Assembly: GCA_013239625.1 (NCBI GenBank)
Contig: MU054117.1
Span: 4,330,677-4,394,676 of the forward strand
Length of the DNA stretch: 64,000 bases
Direction of reading: 5' to 3'
DNA from: Lama guanicoe
Lineage: Eukaryota
Positions 1-12,830 of this stretch are shown here, in pieces. The notes below the pieces were generated by a model, which worked only from the letters and a program-made list of their open reading frames with translations, searched no databases and was not told the DNA's origin. Numbering within the stretch: the stretch's first letter is position 1; the number at the start of each line of letters is the position of its first letter. A program made the position numbers and the translations under genes.

Positions 1-196
1 GAACCCTGCACATCCCACCGCCGGCCTCCACGCACGGAGCCCCCGCCCGCGCATGCGCACAGCCCCGCGCTCCCGCACACATCTGTGCACGTACGCATCA
101 CCCGGGTGCGCTTCCACACACCGCCCTCCGCCCTCACGACAGCACCCCACCTTCCTGCAGATCTGCACCCGCCACCTGCAAACACATAGTACTCAC

Positions 197-217
197 CGGC
201 AGGCTCTCTGGATCCAT
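197..217 (-). CDS. ANO2: Candidate ANO2 alternative first exon (1b-like), coding part MDPESLP
   Basis: ATG GAT CCA GAG AGC CTG CCG|gtgagta: consensus donor, phase 0 like the exon 2 donor, located in intron 2. Confidence 0.6.
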
Positions 218-857
218 TGGAACAAAAGCCAATTTCTAGTTGCCTAGCCCACCCCACCCCACGGAGATTCACTGTGCCCTCTGCCCCTCACAGCCCCACA
301 TCCTCCTCCTCCTCCTCTCCAGCCACTGGTGAGGACCCTACCCAAGACCACAGCAGTCACTCCCGTCCACTCCTGGAGATGGGAGCTGAGAGAAGAGGAG
401 AAAGAACGAGGCGGAGTTGGGGAGGGGCCTGCCTCCCCTCTGGGTGTTTCTCTGTTTATTACTGGTTTGATACCCAGCTGCCTCAGCAGCCACCTGAGAG
501 GTCACCTGGGCAACCAGGTGAAGCACTGGGCACAGGGGAGAGCCTGAGCCGTCGCAGCAGAGGTCTGGTTCCTCAGACCTGTGGGAGGTGAGCCACGAAG
601 CCTGCAGACCAATAGGTGGGGCCACCTGGCGTCTCACACCTCCGCTTTCCCTGTCCTCCTTGGAGCAGAAGACCCCAGCCCTGCTGGGGCACTGTGCCAC
701 CACAGCTTGGAGAAAGAGGAGAGGAAAAGGCCTTAACCAAAACCCAGCCTCTCTCTCTCTCTCTCTGTCTGACACACACCTGCCCCACAAGTGGAGGGTC
801 CCCCAGTCAAGTGGGCCTCCCCATCAGAGTCACCCAGCCTTCCACCTCAATACTCAC

Positions 858-1042
858 AGAGCAGCTGTGGGAGCTCCCTCCACCGGACGGCTGGCCAGAC
901 TCTCGGGTGGAAGTGCCCCGCAGACCCTGGGCTCGGGGACCCGGCACCTTGAGGTACTGCTGTTCATGTTTGGGGCCCTGGTCCCCTCTGACCACTGCCC
1001 GCGGGCTCAGCCGGCGTGGGGAGCCAGGGAGCAGGGGGATAT
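858..1042 (-). CDS. ANO2: ANO2 coding exon 2
   Basis: 185 nt, cag/gtgagt; (D)[61 protein letters not shown]; in phase with exon 1. Exon 3 lies outside the window. Confidence 0.93.
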
Positions 1043-2867
1043 CTGTGAGAGGAAGGATAAAGCAGGGACGGCAGCTTCAGGTGATGGGAAACCAGGACAC
1101 AGGACACAGAGAAATGGAGGCAACTGAGAGGGGACACCACAGTGGCCCCAACAACATGGGCACATCTCCCCACAGCTGCCTCCCCAGTCAGCCCTCACAG
1201 GCTTAGTTAGCCAGGTTCACACTGGCCACAGGGGAGGGTGGAGTGTGGAAGGTGGGCAGGGGGGTCTCGCCCCATTACACACACACATACACACACGCAC
1301 GCGCAGCCTGCAGCCACCAGCAGGAGCTCCTTCTGATGATGGCTGTCATAATCTCCTCTAATTCGCAGTCAGGAGGAGAGGGGTGGTGCCCGCGGGGCAG
1401 GGTGGGTGGGGCAGAGCCTGGAGAGACACCTGGAATTAATGCCAGGCACTTAGCCTCTAGATCAGTGGGCACCCTGGCAGCCCCCACGCCCCCAAGGAGA
1501 GAGCAAGGACAGCCCTGAGGCTCAGGGCAGGGGCGGCCTCTGACAAAAGGTCCACCTCCCAGGCCCTTGAACATTCCCCAAACCGCCGCTGCTCCCACCA
1601 AAGCCTCAGGGCTCCCCAGCCTCTCTGGGGCCCCCAGAGCCGCCCTGCAGTGCGCCTGGGCTCACTCCTCAGCCCGGCCACCTGCTGGCGCTGAGACCTC
1701 TGCGCCTGTTTCTCCAACTGTCAGATGAGAATCCCAGACTTGCAGGGTTGGCGTGAGACTGAGAAGGAGAGATGAGCCTACAGGTATGCAGTGGAACGAG
1801 CTTGTCATAATCATCCTTCGTGTCTTCACTTTAACCTCGGTGTGAGCAGAAATCACACCTTAAGCAGCCAGCCAGCCCTTAGCACCAGCTGAATGAATGC
1901 ATGAACAAAAGGCCGCCCTTCCCGGTCTCTTGAAACAGAGCTTCTGGTCAGTTACCAGGTTGGGGAGCCGCTGCCTGTGCACCCAGCTCTCCACGGACAC
2001 TTCCGGGGGACCTGGAACATTTGGTCCCTGCGCTGGAGAAAAGCATCATCTCTTTGTGAAGATAAAGCTGACGTGCGGGAAACACAGTTATGACCAGCAA
2101 GTAAAGATTTCATGGTTTGTTTCAAGACTGTGTGTTCTGGTCTATATTGAGACTGGAAAGGCTGAAGAGTCAAAGGAGCTTCAGGAGAAATTAAGCCTGA
2201 AGCCAGGTCTTGAAGTACCTGGCAGGCAGGGGACAGAAATCAGAGGAGCAGGAGTGGGCATGCGTGCTGGTGGTGTGATGGGGGGGGGGTGGCTCCAGCT
2301 TAGGATATCAAGGGAGAGGCCTCCTTCCTGGGTCCCCAGCCTCTGCTCATCCCTCGTGCTCATCCCTCTCCCCTCGTGCCTTTCTGCCCAGGGCTGAAGG
2401 GAGAACAGGGCTCCGCATCCCAGGGGAAGCCTGGAAACCTCTGCATGCATGTCCAAACAGCCAGAGGCCATCCCAGTGCACCCCTGGGCAGGTGATACAG
2501 GTGATGCTCACTCAACATCCACCTTTCTTGACAGCAGTTCATATTCACATATGTGACTCACTCGGGGTAGCTCAGATTCGGAATCAGCCCAAAGCTTTAG
2601 TCAAACCGCTCTCCAGGAGCCAACATCCCCTAAAGGTGCTGCCTGGGGTTTGGGACTGGCCTCCAGGGCCCCACTGGCCATCCCGGCCCCTCCCTCTGCT
2701 TGCCCTCTGACACTTAGATGAGCACTGCCTGTGCCCTGCTCTCTCTTAGCAATACCGACTCCATTTGGATTTTCCTTTCACACCTTTTCCCTGGCTTTTA
2801 GCACAAGCTGTCTTGAACAAGAGACCCTGGGTGTTTGTGGCTTAGCCACCCTCCTGGGCTCTGCATG

Positions 2868-3650
2868 TGTGATACTGTGATTTATTATAAAAAATATACT
2901 TTTGATCTTCATTCTGATCCTGGCAAGGGGCCCCTAAAACCCTTAGAATTTCCTAAATGTGGAGAGCTGGCAAGGTGTCTTTTGTTACGTTAATGAACTG
3001 ACTTTTGGAAAGCCCCTAGGGAACCTAAGGGTGGGGGCTGGTTGCCAGTGGCGCCAACCTTGTGATTAGAGGGTGGAACTTTCAGTCCCACCTCCCCTTC
3101 CACCCTCTGACCTCCTGGGAGGAGAGAGAGGCTGGAGATTGGGCTTAATCATCACCAACAGCCATCATAATGAAGCCCCCAAAAGGATGGGCCTCACTGA
3201 GCTTCCAGGTTGACAAACAGGTGAAGATGTGGGGAGAACAGCACACCTGGGGGCACAGAACTCCCGGCCCCTTCCCAGGCACCTTGTCCCACGCTTCTCT
3301 TCCATCTGGCTGTTCCTGAGTTGTATCCTTTTATAACCAACCAGCGATCTAGTAAGTAAAATGTCTCTCTGAGTTCTCTGAGTTCTGTGAGCCACTCTAA
3401 GAAATTAATTGAACCCAAGGAGGTGGGCATGGGAACCTCCAATTTATAGCCAGTGGATCTGAAGCACAGGTGACCACCTGGACTTGCGACTGGCATCTGA
3501 AAGGGATATGGCGGGGGTGGGGAGGGGGTCCTGTAGGACTGAGACTTTGACCTGCGGAATCTGAGGCTACCTCCAGGTAGACAAGGTCAGAATCGAGACA
3601 CCCAGCTGGTGTTGCAGAATTCCTCAGTATTGGTAAAAAACCCACACACT
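2868..3650. mobile_element. Solo LTR, MER21-like (ERV)
   Basis: Starts tgtgatactgtgatttattataa...cccctaaaacccttagaatttcct, resembling the MER21 consensus as I recall it; boundaries approximate. Confidence 0.65.
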
Positions 3651-4519
3651 TTCTCTTCCTCCTAGGTATAACCAAGATTGATGATTTCGCTCTTATTCCC
3701 TTCTCTCCAAAGAAGGTGGAACAGATTTCTGTTGCCCAAAATGAGCCAGCTCTGAGGTTAAAGCCTGAGACAGCTCCTCCAATCATAGCTGCCGTTCCAG
3801 GGGGAGGCTCGAGAGAAGTGCAGAATACCATCTTAATACAGCACACATTTAAAAACCAGCTTTCTTAAAAGGTGGCCCTCAGGTAGAGTTTCATCATTTC
3901 ACCCAACTTCGAAGGATCATAGCCAAGTCCCACAGCTAAATATTTTGGTTAAATCCTTCATAATAAAATTTCCATTGAAAGATTTTTGAAAAATATGCAA
4001 CCATATCTCTGGTTCATATATTACTTTTATAATTTCTCTTTTTCTCTTTCCTTTAACTCAATGTATTAATTTCATGGACGTATGTACTTAAATTCTGCAC
4101 AGGACTGAGTTCCCCAAAGATAAATCAAATTCAAACTTCAGGTGTCAAAGAATCCAATTGGTTGGGTTTCAAGGACAAATGACGTATGTTTTTCACAGTT
4201 AAAAGAAGACTCACAATGACCTCACCTGCTTTCTAACTCACATTAGCCAGACAGCACTTTGTAAAAAAATTTTTTTAATATTTTTTTTAAAAAAAGCAAC
4301 TGAATCTGTTGGCCAGCTACTGTCCCAGAAGCTCACACCATTCATTCATTCATTCAGTCAAAAACCCCTTAATAAGCACTGAGCACATAGCCTGTCCTGT
4401 CCTGGGTACTGAAACGTGAAGATCTCACAGCCTACTTGGGGAGACGAACGTGCAAATCTGTACCTTTAGTACCGTGTAATGAGTGTGCCACACCAAACTT
4501 ACCATTTTCCATAGGCCCC

Positions 4520-4970
4520 TACGACAGAGACGCAGCTGCTTACCAAAATCCATGGTCTCCTCTTCTCCCCGAACACACAGCTAGACCACATACTTCCTAG
4601 CCTCTCTTGCAGTTAGATGTGGCCACGAGACTGAATTCCAGCCAGAGGAATGTGAACAGAGTGATATGTGCTATTTATAGGCCTGGCCCCTAGAAACCGT
4701 CCCTGCGTGCTCCTGCGCGCGCCTCCGTGCTCTTTCCCCCTTTCAGATAACTGCAGCGGCAACTCTCGGGGCCACCTCGGGAGTCCTCGTTGAAGCTGGC
4801 TGAGCCTCCGCTAGCCTGGGGCCCTGAAAAGCTTTATGGAAAAGAGCCACCCCACCAACCTGTCCACCCACCTGAGCCCATCACTTTAGCAAGAAGTGAA
4901 CTATTGTGTTCCGCACCTTATTTCTCGGTCTACTCATTAGAGCAGCCAGCTGAGCATCACCCGAACTAAT
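4520..4970. mobile_element. MaLR LTR (MLT1-like) relic
   Basis: ttcctagcctctcttgcagttagatgtggccacgagactgaattccagccagaggaatgtgaacagagtg is typical of MLT1 LTRs. Confidence 0.6.
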
Positions 4971-5039
4971 TCAGCGCCTTCATTATCAATGTGGAGGATA
5001 GTAAATATTTACGAGTATATGTATGAGCTACGTCTCGTA

Positions 5040-5570
5040 AGGATAGACAATAAATCAATCAATAGAAGTGGATTCTAAAAATAAACCCTTGAACGTCAAC
5101 AAGGGTACAAAGAAGTGAGGAAAGAAATGTGGAAATAGTGCTGGGAAAACTAGATATTCACACGCAAAAGAATGAAGTCAGACCCTTCCCTCACACTATA
5201 TACAAAATTAACTTTTGCAAAATAAGTCATAGACTTAAATAAAATAGCTAAAAATGTAAAACTGTCTGAAAACAAAATGGAAGTAACTCTACATAACCGT
5301 GGGCTAGGCTATGGTTTCTTAGCTATTATGCCCAAAGCACAAGGAATCAAGGAAAAAAACAGACAAACTGGCCTTCATCAGAATTTTAAAATATTCAGAA
5401 AGCACCACAAATAAAGTGAATATACAACCCACAAAAATGGGAGAAAATAAAGACATTTTCCATAAAAACACAGGCTGAGAGAATTCATCACCAGCAGAAA
5501 TGCACTCGAAGGACTGTTAAAGGATGTTCTTCGGGATGAAAGGAAAAGATAGCAGATGGAAACCTGGGTA
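5040..5570 (+). mobile_element. L1 fragments (ORF2-derived, degenerate)
   Basis: A-rich; tgctgggaaaactagatattcacacgcaaaagaatgaagtcagacccttccctcacactatatacaaaattaac resembles L1 ORF2 3' region. Confidence 0.7.
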
Positions 5571-6370
5571 AGAATTGCTCCTGATGGACGGATCTTGTAT
5601 CCCTTTCTCACGCAGGAGAGGGAAAAGGGATGGAGAGTCACAGGTCTAAACGGACCATTTGCTAGTAAGGTTTCTACATGCTATAAGCCACTACTTTTCA
5701 AGTTAGAGGTTTAACCCAATAGTTGGTTATCTAATGGTTTGCAAACAGTATTTTTTCAATAGAATAGTATAGAATGGATCAGAAAAGAATAAAACAGAGA
5801 CACCTCTTTTAAAAAATATCAGAAACTATACAATAAATGCTCATGTGATGAACACTTTTCTAAAAACCTATTAATAAAACTACAGCTCATTATGCTGGGC
5901 AATGTCTTCTATAAAAATCACAAATATCACTGTGACAGTCTTCTGAAAGTTTAATGTTGATGAGCTAGTCTCCTTTTATTAGGCGGTGAGACTGACGGAA
6001 CTCATCTCTTTTCTGATCTGCCTGTCAGGGAGCTCACAGATCAGTTGTTGCTCAATTACACTTCCTATTCTTATCTAGGTTTGGAGCTATAACAGCATGT
6101 TCCCAATCTCTCATTATTTGGCATTTGTTAATGTATCCTTGGTTTAAGTTGTATTATAACTAGGTTTTCCTTTTGTAATTTGTCTCAAGAGTAATAAATA
6201 ATAAATAGAAATGGTTATCTGACATAGGCAAAAATAAAAACAGATAAAAAAGAAGTTAGGGTGAAGAGTAATTACCAGAATATTAAAAATAATGTATTTT
6301 ATTTATTTGTGTTTGATTTTTTTCCACAATGGGGATGTATTATTACTTTTTAATTTTTCAAGCTATTTTT

Positions 6371-6514
6371 TATAATTTTTTAGAAGTTTTTGGGGGTGGG
6401 ATGGAGGCAATTAGGTTCATTATTTATTTACTTTTAATGGAGGTACTGGGGATTGAACCCAGGACCTCACGCACGCTAGGCATGCACTCTACCACTGAGC
6501 TATACCCTCCCCTC
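6371..6514 (-). mobile_element. tRNA-derived SINE (camelid Vic-1-like) with target-site duplication
   Basis: Minus strand ggggagggtatagctcagtggtagagtgcatgcctagcgtgcgtgaggtcctgggttcaatccccagtacctcc plus A-rich tail, with A and B boxes; TSD ttcaagctattttt at 6357-6370 and 6515-6528. Confidence 0.85.
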
Positions 6515-9149
6515 TTCAAGCTATTTTTAATTAGTTTACGATGATTACAGGCATCAGAAACTGCTAGAAAGTGGGAATTTTCCCTTCATCAGTGAACCGG
6601 TCAAAAGATGCAAAGGTAATACGCTTTATACTTGCATTCGCTACACAGAGGGAGGGTCTGACGTCAGCTAATTGTGAGACCTGCAAGCCTTTAGTAGTTT
6701 CAGCACAAGTTATCTTACATGGAGAGCTGTTGGCCAGACAGACTTATAAATTATTTCCTTAGCGTTTCTGGAGGAAAGGCAGGGTTGTCAGTAGGAGCCA
6801 AAGAAAGACCTCTAGTACCTCTTGAAATACTGAAGTATAAACGGCTAATTTCACTGGTGCCGTCTGAACGAGCCCATGCCTGAGCCTGGCTCCCCCTGCC
6901 CGTGTCCAGCAACATTGGATGTGGCTGCTTTCCTATTAAGATCATCTTAGGGTACCAAGAGTCCAGAATGTTAGGTCTTGACAGTATGCGCCCTTGCTGA
7001 CGGTTCTAGCTCCGGCACTGAGCGTGGTATCTGGCTCAGCCGGTATCCTCTGAACTGATGAGAGCTGAACTTACAAGCGCATCGTATGAAGATCAACAGA
7101 GACGATTGCGAGCCAGGTTTGCTAGAGCCCATCAGGACACTGGGCAAGTCCTCTGCCCCCAGTGGTCCCTGGGTCAGCCTCCCATGTGCCTGTGAACCAC
7201 AGATGTGGAACTCAGGTAACCTGTGCTCATGAAGGCATGTCCCCTGCAGATCACAGCAGCACACTGCCTTAGGAGTTTGGTGATGACAACCAGCCTTCTT
7301 GGGCTTGGTCCCACCAGATGAACTAACCATGATGATTCCAGATTGGAAATCGTGTCAAGGTAACCCTTGCTTGGACTATGACCACAGCCTTGCAAAATTA
7401 GTATCTCCCTTAAGGCCCCAGTTCCACCCACATTTCCCACCCTCCATCCTCTCCTTGCTGGCAGTTACACTTCCTTCTAATGGCTCCTCAAGAGCACAAC
7501 AAAAGCAACAAGGTGAGGTGAACCTCAGCTTCCTCTTCAGTGAAATGGACTTACTACTGACCCCCAAATTTGTTGTGAAGCGAAGCACGGTGTCTGGTGC
7601 ACAGCAACTGCTGGATGAATGTTAGTCTTCCCTTTCTTTTGCAAAGTCAAAAACACACAGCCCGAGCTCCGAGACTCTGCGTGACCCGCTCACTCTCACC
7701 CTCTCCCTCCAGGCGCCCGGCTTCCCCCGTTTTGGGACAGCCCAAGCACCTTGCTGCCACGGGATCTTTCACTTCTGTGGCCGTTGCTAGATCATTCTCC
7801 AGATGTCCGCATGGCTGGTTCCTTCATTTAATGCAATCTCCACTCAAACTCCTCCCACCCCAGCCATCGGATCACAAATAAAGACTGATTCTACTTTGTA
7901 ACTACAGGCAAGATTCTCGTCTCTAGAGGTCAAGTTCATGTGCTTTAGGAATGCCAGGCCTAGACAAGCTTCTCTCAGCCAGTAGAAGGGTCCACAGGAT
8001 GGATGAATTTCCAGAAAATCGGGTCCTTGTTAGAGAAAATGAAAGACAAGCTCCCCAAATGCCTCTGGCCCTGTTGCCGTGCCCAGCGGTGGGAGATGGC
8101 AGAGAAGGTGCACAGAGAAACCGGACCAGAACGTGAGGTTGGTGTTTGGAACCCATCCCCACCCCCAACCCACCTTCTTCCATCAGCCAGCAAAGAGGCC
8201 CAAGTGCCCACATAGAGGCAACTCAGAGAGCGATGGAGGTGGCTGGAAAGGACTTTCTCAGGTCCCTGGTTCCCAAAGTGGCAGTGCATGGCAGACACAG
8301 TGAGAAGGCAACTGTGCCCTGGATGCCCCGTAGCAGGGGCAGGGCTCTGCTGTCAGGTCCCAAGAACAAGCCCAGGCAAGTGCAGGGCCCAGAGTCCCAT
8401 CAACCCCTGGGAGAGGCCCACCTTGTCTACGATCCTCCCTCGCCTGCCGCCTGCCGCCTGCCACCTGCCTTTGGGCTGAGACCTAACTAACCCTGTTCAT
8501 TGGGACCTGCTGTCCTGGACCAGCATCCACATGGTCCCGGGTGTCCCTCCACACCGATTCACAGAGTCTCACGATGGCTGACGCCTACATTCCAGTCCCT
8601 TCTGCCCACTGTTCATGCCAGTGGAGTGAGCACCTCCCCACTCCATGCCTCTCAAGAGCCACCACAAACAAGACACCCAACAAAATCATTTTCCAGGCAA
8701 GGTCAGTTCTGCCAAATGTATCTGTCTTCTCAGTATCATTTGGGAGGTGCAGCAGGGTCAGGTCCTGCTCCCCAAAACGCTGCCTCAATTTGGTTCCTCT
8801 TTAAAAACAAAAAGTCTCCAGGAAAGACGCGCCTGTGTTTCCCTGCACCCTGAGGTGTACGTGCCCTTCCTGGGGGTGGGTTTGGATAGGGGTTGGAGAC
8901 TCCCTTAAACTGTGAGGGTGCTCCAGGGATGCCCGAGTCAACTTGCAGGGGATGAATCTGAACCTCAGCGGACTGTCTCTGAGTTAAAGCCCAGTTGTTT
9001 GCCTACCATTCAGATAGCCTAAGCATCCCAGGCTTGTAACAACAAGATAGAGGTAGGAATTGGTCCTTTATCACCAGAAAGTCGCTTGCACCAATCCTCT
9101 GCCTCCTGTCCTACCTCCTCTCTCCTTGAGAAGAAATAAGTACCCGCGA

Positions 9150-9950
9150 AGTGGTTCAGGCGCCCCTCAGCTTCCCGGCCCGGAGGGAAAGGGATCAGCT
9201 CCCGCACCGCCCCCTCCAGGTTCACCGGGGGTCACCCATCCCGCCCTTCACTCCCAGCCCCTCTCTCTCCTGCAACTTGCCCGATGCCCAGGACCAAGGC
9301 CCTCGGCGGGAAAGACTCACCGCGCAGCCCGGGGGTGGCCATGGTGCGGGCGCACAGGGCGCCAAGCGCGGACTGCCCCGCGGCTGCGCCGGCGGCTGGA
9401 CCGGCTTACTCAGCCGCGGGGCTAATTCCATCGCGGCTCAGCTCCGTCCGGACGTGCCCGCCCCTCGCCCGCGGCCGCCGCCTCCTCCCCCAGCCCGCGC
9501 CCGGCCTCCCGGCCGCCGCGGCGCCCCGGGCGCACGGGCTCTGGCCGCGCCACGTGGAGGGTGGAGCGCGTTCCCGCGGGCGGGGTGAGTCCAGGACAAG
9601 CTCGGGTTAACGAAGCTGAGGGGCGAGACGTAAGACGGCCTGCTCTCCCCGCCCAGGGGAGCTGCCTCCTAACCTGGTTCGGGTGTGAGCCTTCAGCCGG
9701 ATTATCTCGTGAGCCGTCTGGCTGATGAGTTTCCAATCCCGCCCGCGAAGCCGGCTTCCCGCCACCCTGTCCCGGACCGCCCCGGGCTGGGGCGGGAGGC
9801 TGCCCCAGAATACCTGCCTGCACTCGGCCCCGCCACCAGCTGTCCCCACTTTTCTCCAGACTGACAGGAGCAGGAGTGGAGGAATCCTGCACCGGAGACA
9901 GGTAGGGCCGGAGGAGGCGCTGCAAGAGGCAGGGGGAGGGGCAAATTTTA
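9150..9950 (-). promoter_or_regulatory. ANO2: CpG island / ANO2 promoter and first-exon region
   Basis: Very GC- and CpG-dense, with GC boxes and a CACGTG at 9551-9556, around the ANO2 start codon; edges approximate. Confidence 0.85.
9321..9342 (-). CDS. ANO2: ANO2 (anoctamin-2/TMEM16B) coding exon 1
   Basis: gcaccATGGCCACCCCCGGGCTGCGCG|gtgagt = MATPGLR+G with strong Kozak; matches the ANO2 N-terminus (human MATPGPRDIP) and the known VWF-ANO2 synteny. Confidence 0.92.
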
Positions 9951-12830
9951 GAAAAGCTTCCCCGGGAAGAGGGAGGACCGCTTGAGGAGGCAGATTATGG
10001 CAACTCCATCCCTGGGACAAGAGGAGTGCGTCTCCCTGGAGTGGGTCTGGTACCGGCTGTGGGCAGGAGGCGGGAAGAGGAGGCCTCCAACGGGCCATTC
10101 TGGGTAACGGAATGTACAGTTCCCAGATGCCCTGAAGCGGAGCAATACCAGGAACCCGGAAATGGAAAGGAACTGTGTTAACAATGTATGTTGAGTAGGC
10201 TACGTGTGACCGTGTACTTTCATGTGAAGAAGGCTATCTCCCACACGGATAAGGGGGGCTGGTGGGGACTGCTCCCCGCTGGATAGATGAGGAACCTGAG
10301 GCAACAACACAGCATGAGTCGGGGGCGGGCAGAAGGAAAACCAAAGCAGTGTGTGCCAGTCTGGGGCTGCCTTCTGGCCACCAGGAGTCATCAGGGCCGA
10401 TGCGGATACACGGCTTCCTCCTCCTCGGCACCCTTCTCAGGGCCTTCTGCAGAGGAACTGTTTTATTCTAACAACAGTTCTACGGGGGAGTTACTGTCCA
10501 TGCGCCCATTCTACAGACGAGACTGCAGTGTAATCGGTCAGGCAGCCTGCCCCTGAGGGCTATGCCTACTCCAGGGTCGTGCTCTAACGCTTGGCTACCA
10601 GCTCCTTTCTCTCCCAAGCAATGCCCTTCTCCATTAACTTCCAGGAACCCTTCTCCTGTCTTTTCAATGCCAAGAGGATCAGAAACCTTTCCACTTGCCA
10701 CTCCTTATCCATTTCCTCTCTTCTCTCCCTCCAGCACTTTCTTGGTCCCCTGGTCCCTGCACACACCCTCCTGGAGACTCTCCCTGAGACTCTCACTCTG
10801 GGGGACTGTCTAATCTGGTCTGAGAGTGACCAAAAACAGAGTCCCTGAGACCAGAGGCAGACCCGCTCTGGAATGCCCGCAGAGGGTGGGGCAGCTGCTG
10901 GTTCAGACCCCACTCCCAGCTTCTGCATCCTTTTTACCCTGCTCCCTGCCATCTTTTTTAATCAAAACATGCAGGTTTTTTTGATTCAGCTTTTTTCTTG
11001 ATAGTAAATCATCCTATCGGTCAAAATGAGAACTCAGACCATGGAGGCAGCTGGAAAATTGACACCTCCTGCTGAAGCGGTAGCCTCCCTGCTGAGTTTC
11101 TCTGAGGCTGATGCCTCCAGGAGCACCCCGTCCCCAGGCGGAGTGTTAGGCGATCAGTCCGAAGAGACAGGTAATTCCCTGGCCCTGGATCTGGTTTCCT
11201 ACAGAGACCTTAGAGGCTACTCAGAGTTGGAGGTGGGGTGATGGATGGAGGATGACCACCTCGGAATTACTGAGCAGTTACATAAAACTTCTATCCATTC
11301 TTCCTGCCCTGTACCCTGCGAAACGCCCCACCAAAACTGCTCAGCACAGCCCATGCCATTTGCCTGAAACGCATCTTCCATGTAAGTTCTTCCCCAGCCA
11401 TGCCAGAAGCAGGGAGACCTAGAAATGCAGCCATCACTGGTTTCCCTGAGAACAAGGACCGAATCTGTCAGAACAGGGACGTGAGGCTCTGGTGGACCTG
11501 CGCTGGAGTTCTTGCCCGGGTGTCCAGGCGCCTGGCTGCTGAACCTGACCCTGCACCTGCAGCTATGTGACCTCTGGCAAGTCGCTGGAGTTCTCTGAGC
11601 TACTTTCATCCTCTGTAAAGGGGCAGGAGGGGGCGGTGCAGTAGATGGTGTCTGCATCCTTTCCAGCTCCATCGTGCAGCACTTCTAATGAGTCTCTCCT
11701 GGGTTAAAAGGATCTGGAATGAAAGTCAGCCCCCCAACGAATCCCTGCCTCGTATCCAGGGCGTTACTTTTATTCCCGCGGGCGTTCTCTCCCCGCCTCG
11801 GGTCTCTGCCGTCTTGCCAGCATATACGTGTAAGCTTCTTCATAAAACTTTAAGAAAGGACGATCTCTCCTTGAGAGTGACAGCAGCCATGAGTGATGTG
11901 GGGACCCGGTGAAGTCTGGCACTAGCTACACCTCTTCCCCATCCACCACGGGGTTCTGGAGTTTTCGGGGCCTTGGCCTCCAGCATCCAGCCCAAAAGAA
12001 ACGCAGCTCCTTCACCCCTAGAACAAAGGAAACCCCCAATGCTCTGCTACTGTGATAAACACTTAGTCCCTCTTTGAGCCCTGATTTCCCCATTTTTATT
12101 CTTGCCCTTTTTTTCTATTATTGTAGAGCAATTCGCAGGCACTTTCGGCGTGTTTCCCCCTCCCAACCTGCATGAGTGTTCCTGATGGTCCTCTTTTCCA
12201 GTTGAGGAAACCGAGTCGGAGAACCACGAAGGGGTCTGCTGAGGCCACACAGCAGAGCGAGGACTGTGTGTGGAACCCAGGCCTGCCCCCGAGCCTGGCG
12301 CTCCGCCCTTGGCTGAGCCTGTGCTGGGTGGGACCATGCGTTTCCAGTCCCCCAGCCCCCAGCCCCTCTCCCTCCCACGGGGCCACTGTGGGAACACAGG
12401 AATTCGGTCAGCTGAGGGCTCAGAGAAACCCTTGCACACCTGGTGGGGGTCCTTTCCCACCACGTCAGCCACACTGTTGACAGCTTGGCCCCAGGGCCAC
12501 CCCTCTGCTCTGCTCAGAAGCCCCTGGATTCAGAGACTGGAGACCCCAGTGTTCCTCAGCAAATCCCTTCTCCTTCAGGCCACTGGGCTGGGCTTCTGAG
12601 GCCTGGACCTCAGTGTCCCCTCCCCAGCCGGTGGAGGCTGAGATGCCACTTTTTCCCCCAAAAGGTTGGCAGTGCCATCTGCAGCCGTCCGGCCTGGAGT
12701 GTTTCCAGAGAGATGGAGCCGTGCTCCCTCCCTCAGCACCAGCCTCGGAACTCAAGCCCGGCCTACAATGGCCTTCTGAGCCTGGAAGACACGGGGAACC
12801 ATGAGCCTTTGTCAAGATGAGAGATTGGCC

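Noticed and set aside
981..989. RGD tripeptide near the middle of ANO2 exon 2 (VRGDQ; coordinates approximate)
   Set aside because: It lies in the cytoplasmic N-terminus, so it is unlikely to be an integrin ligand.
6440..6512. tRNA-like sequence
   Set aside because: It has an A-rich tail, a TSD and a second degenerate copy, so it is a SINE and not a tRNA gene.
6560..7440. Non-repetitive-looking stretch in ANO2 intron 1 with 60-120 aa ORFs, a possible retrocopy or ancient element
   Set aside because: I recognise no protein family, poly(A) tail or TSD; a tBLASTx or Dfam search would be needed.
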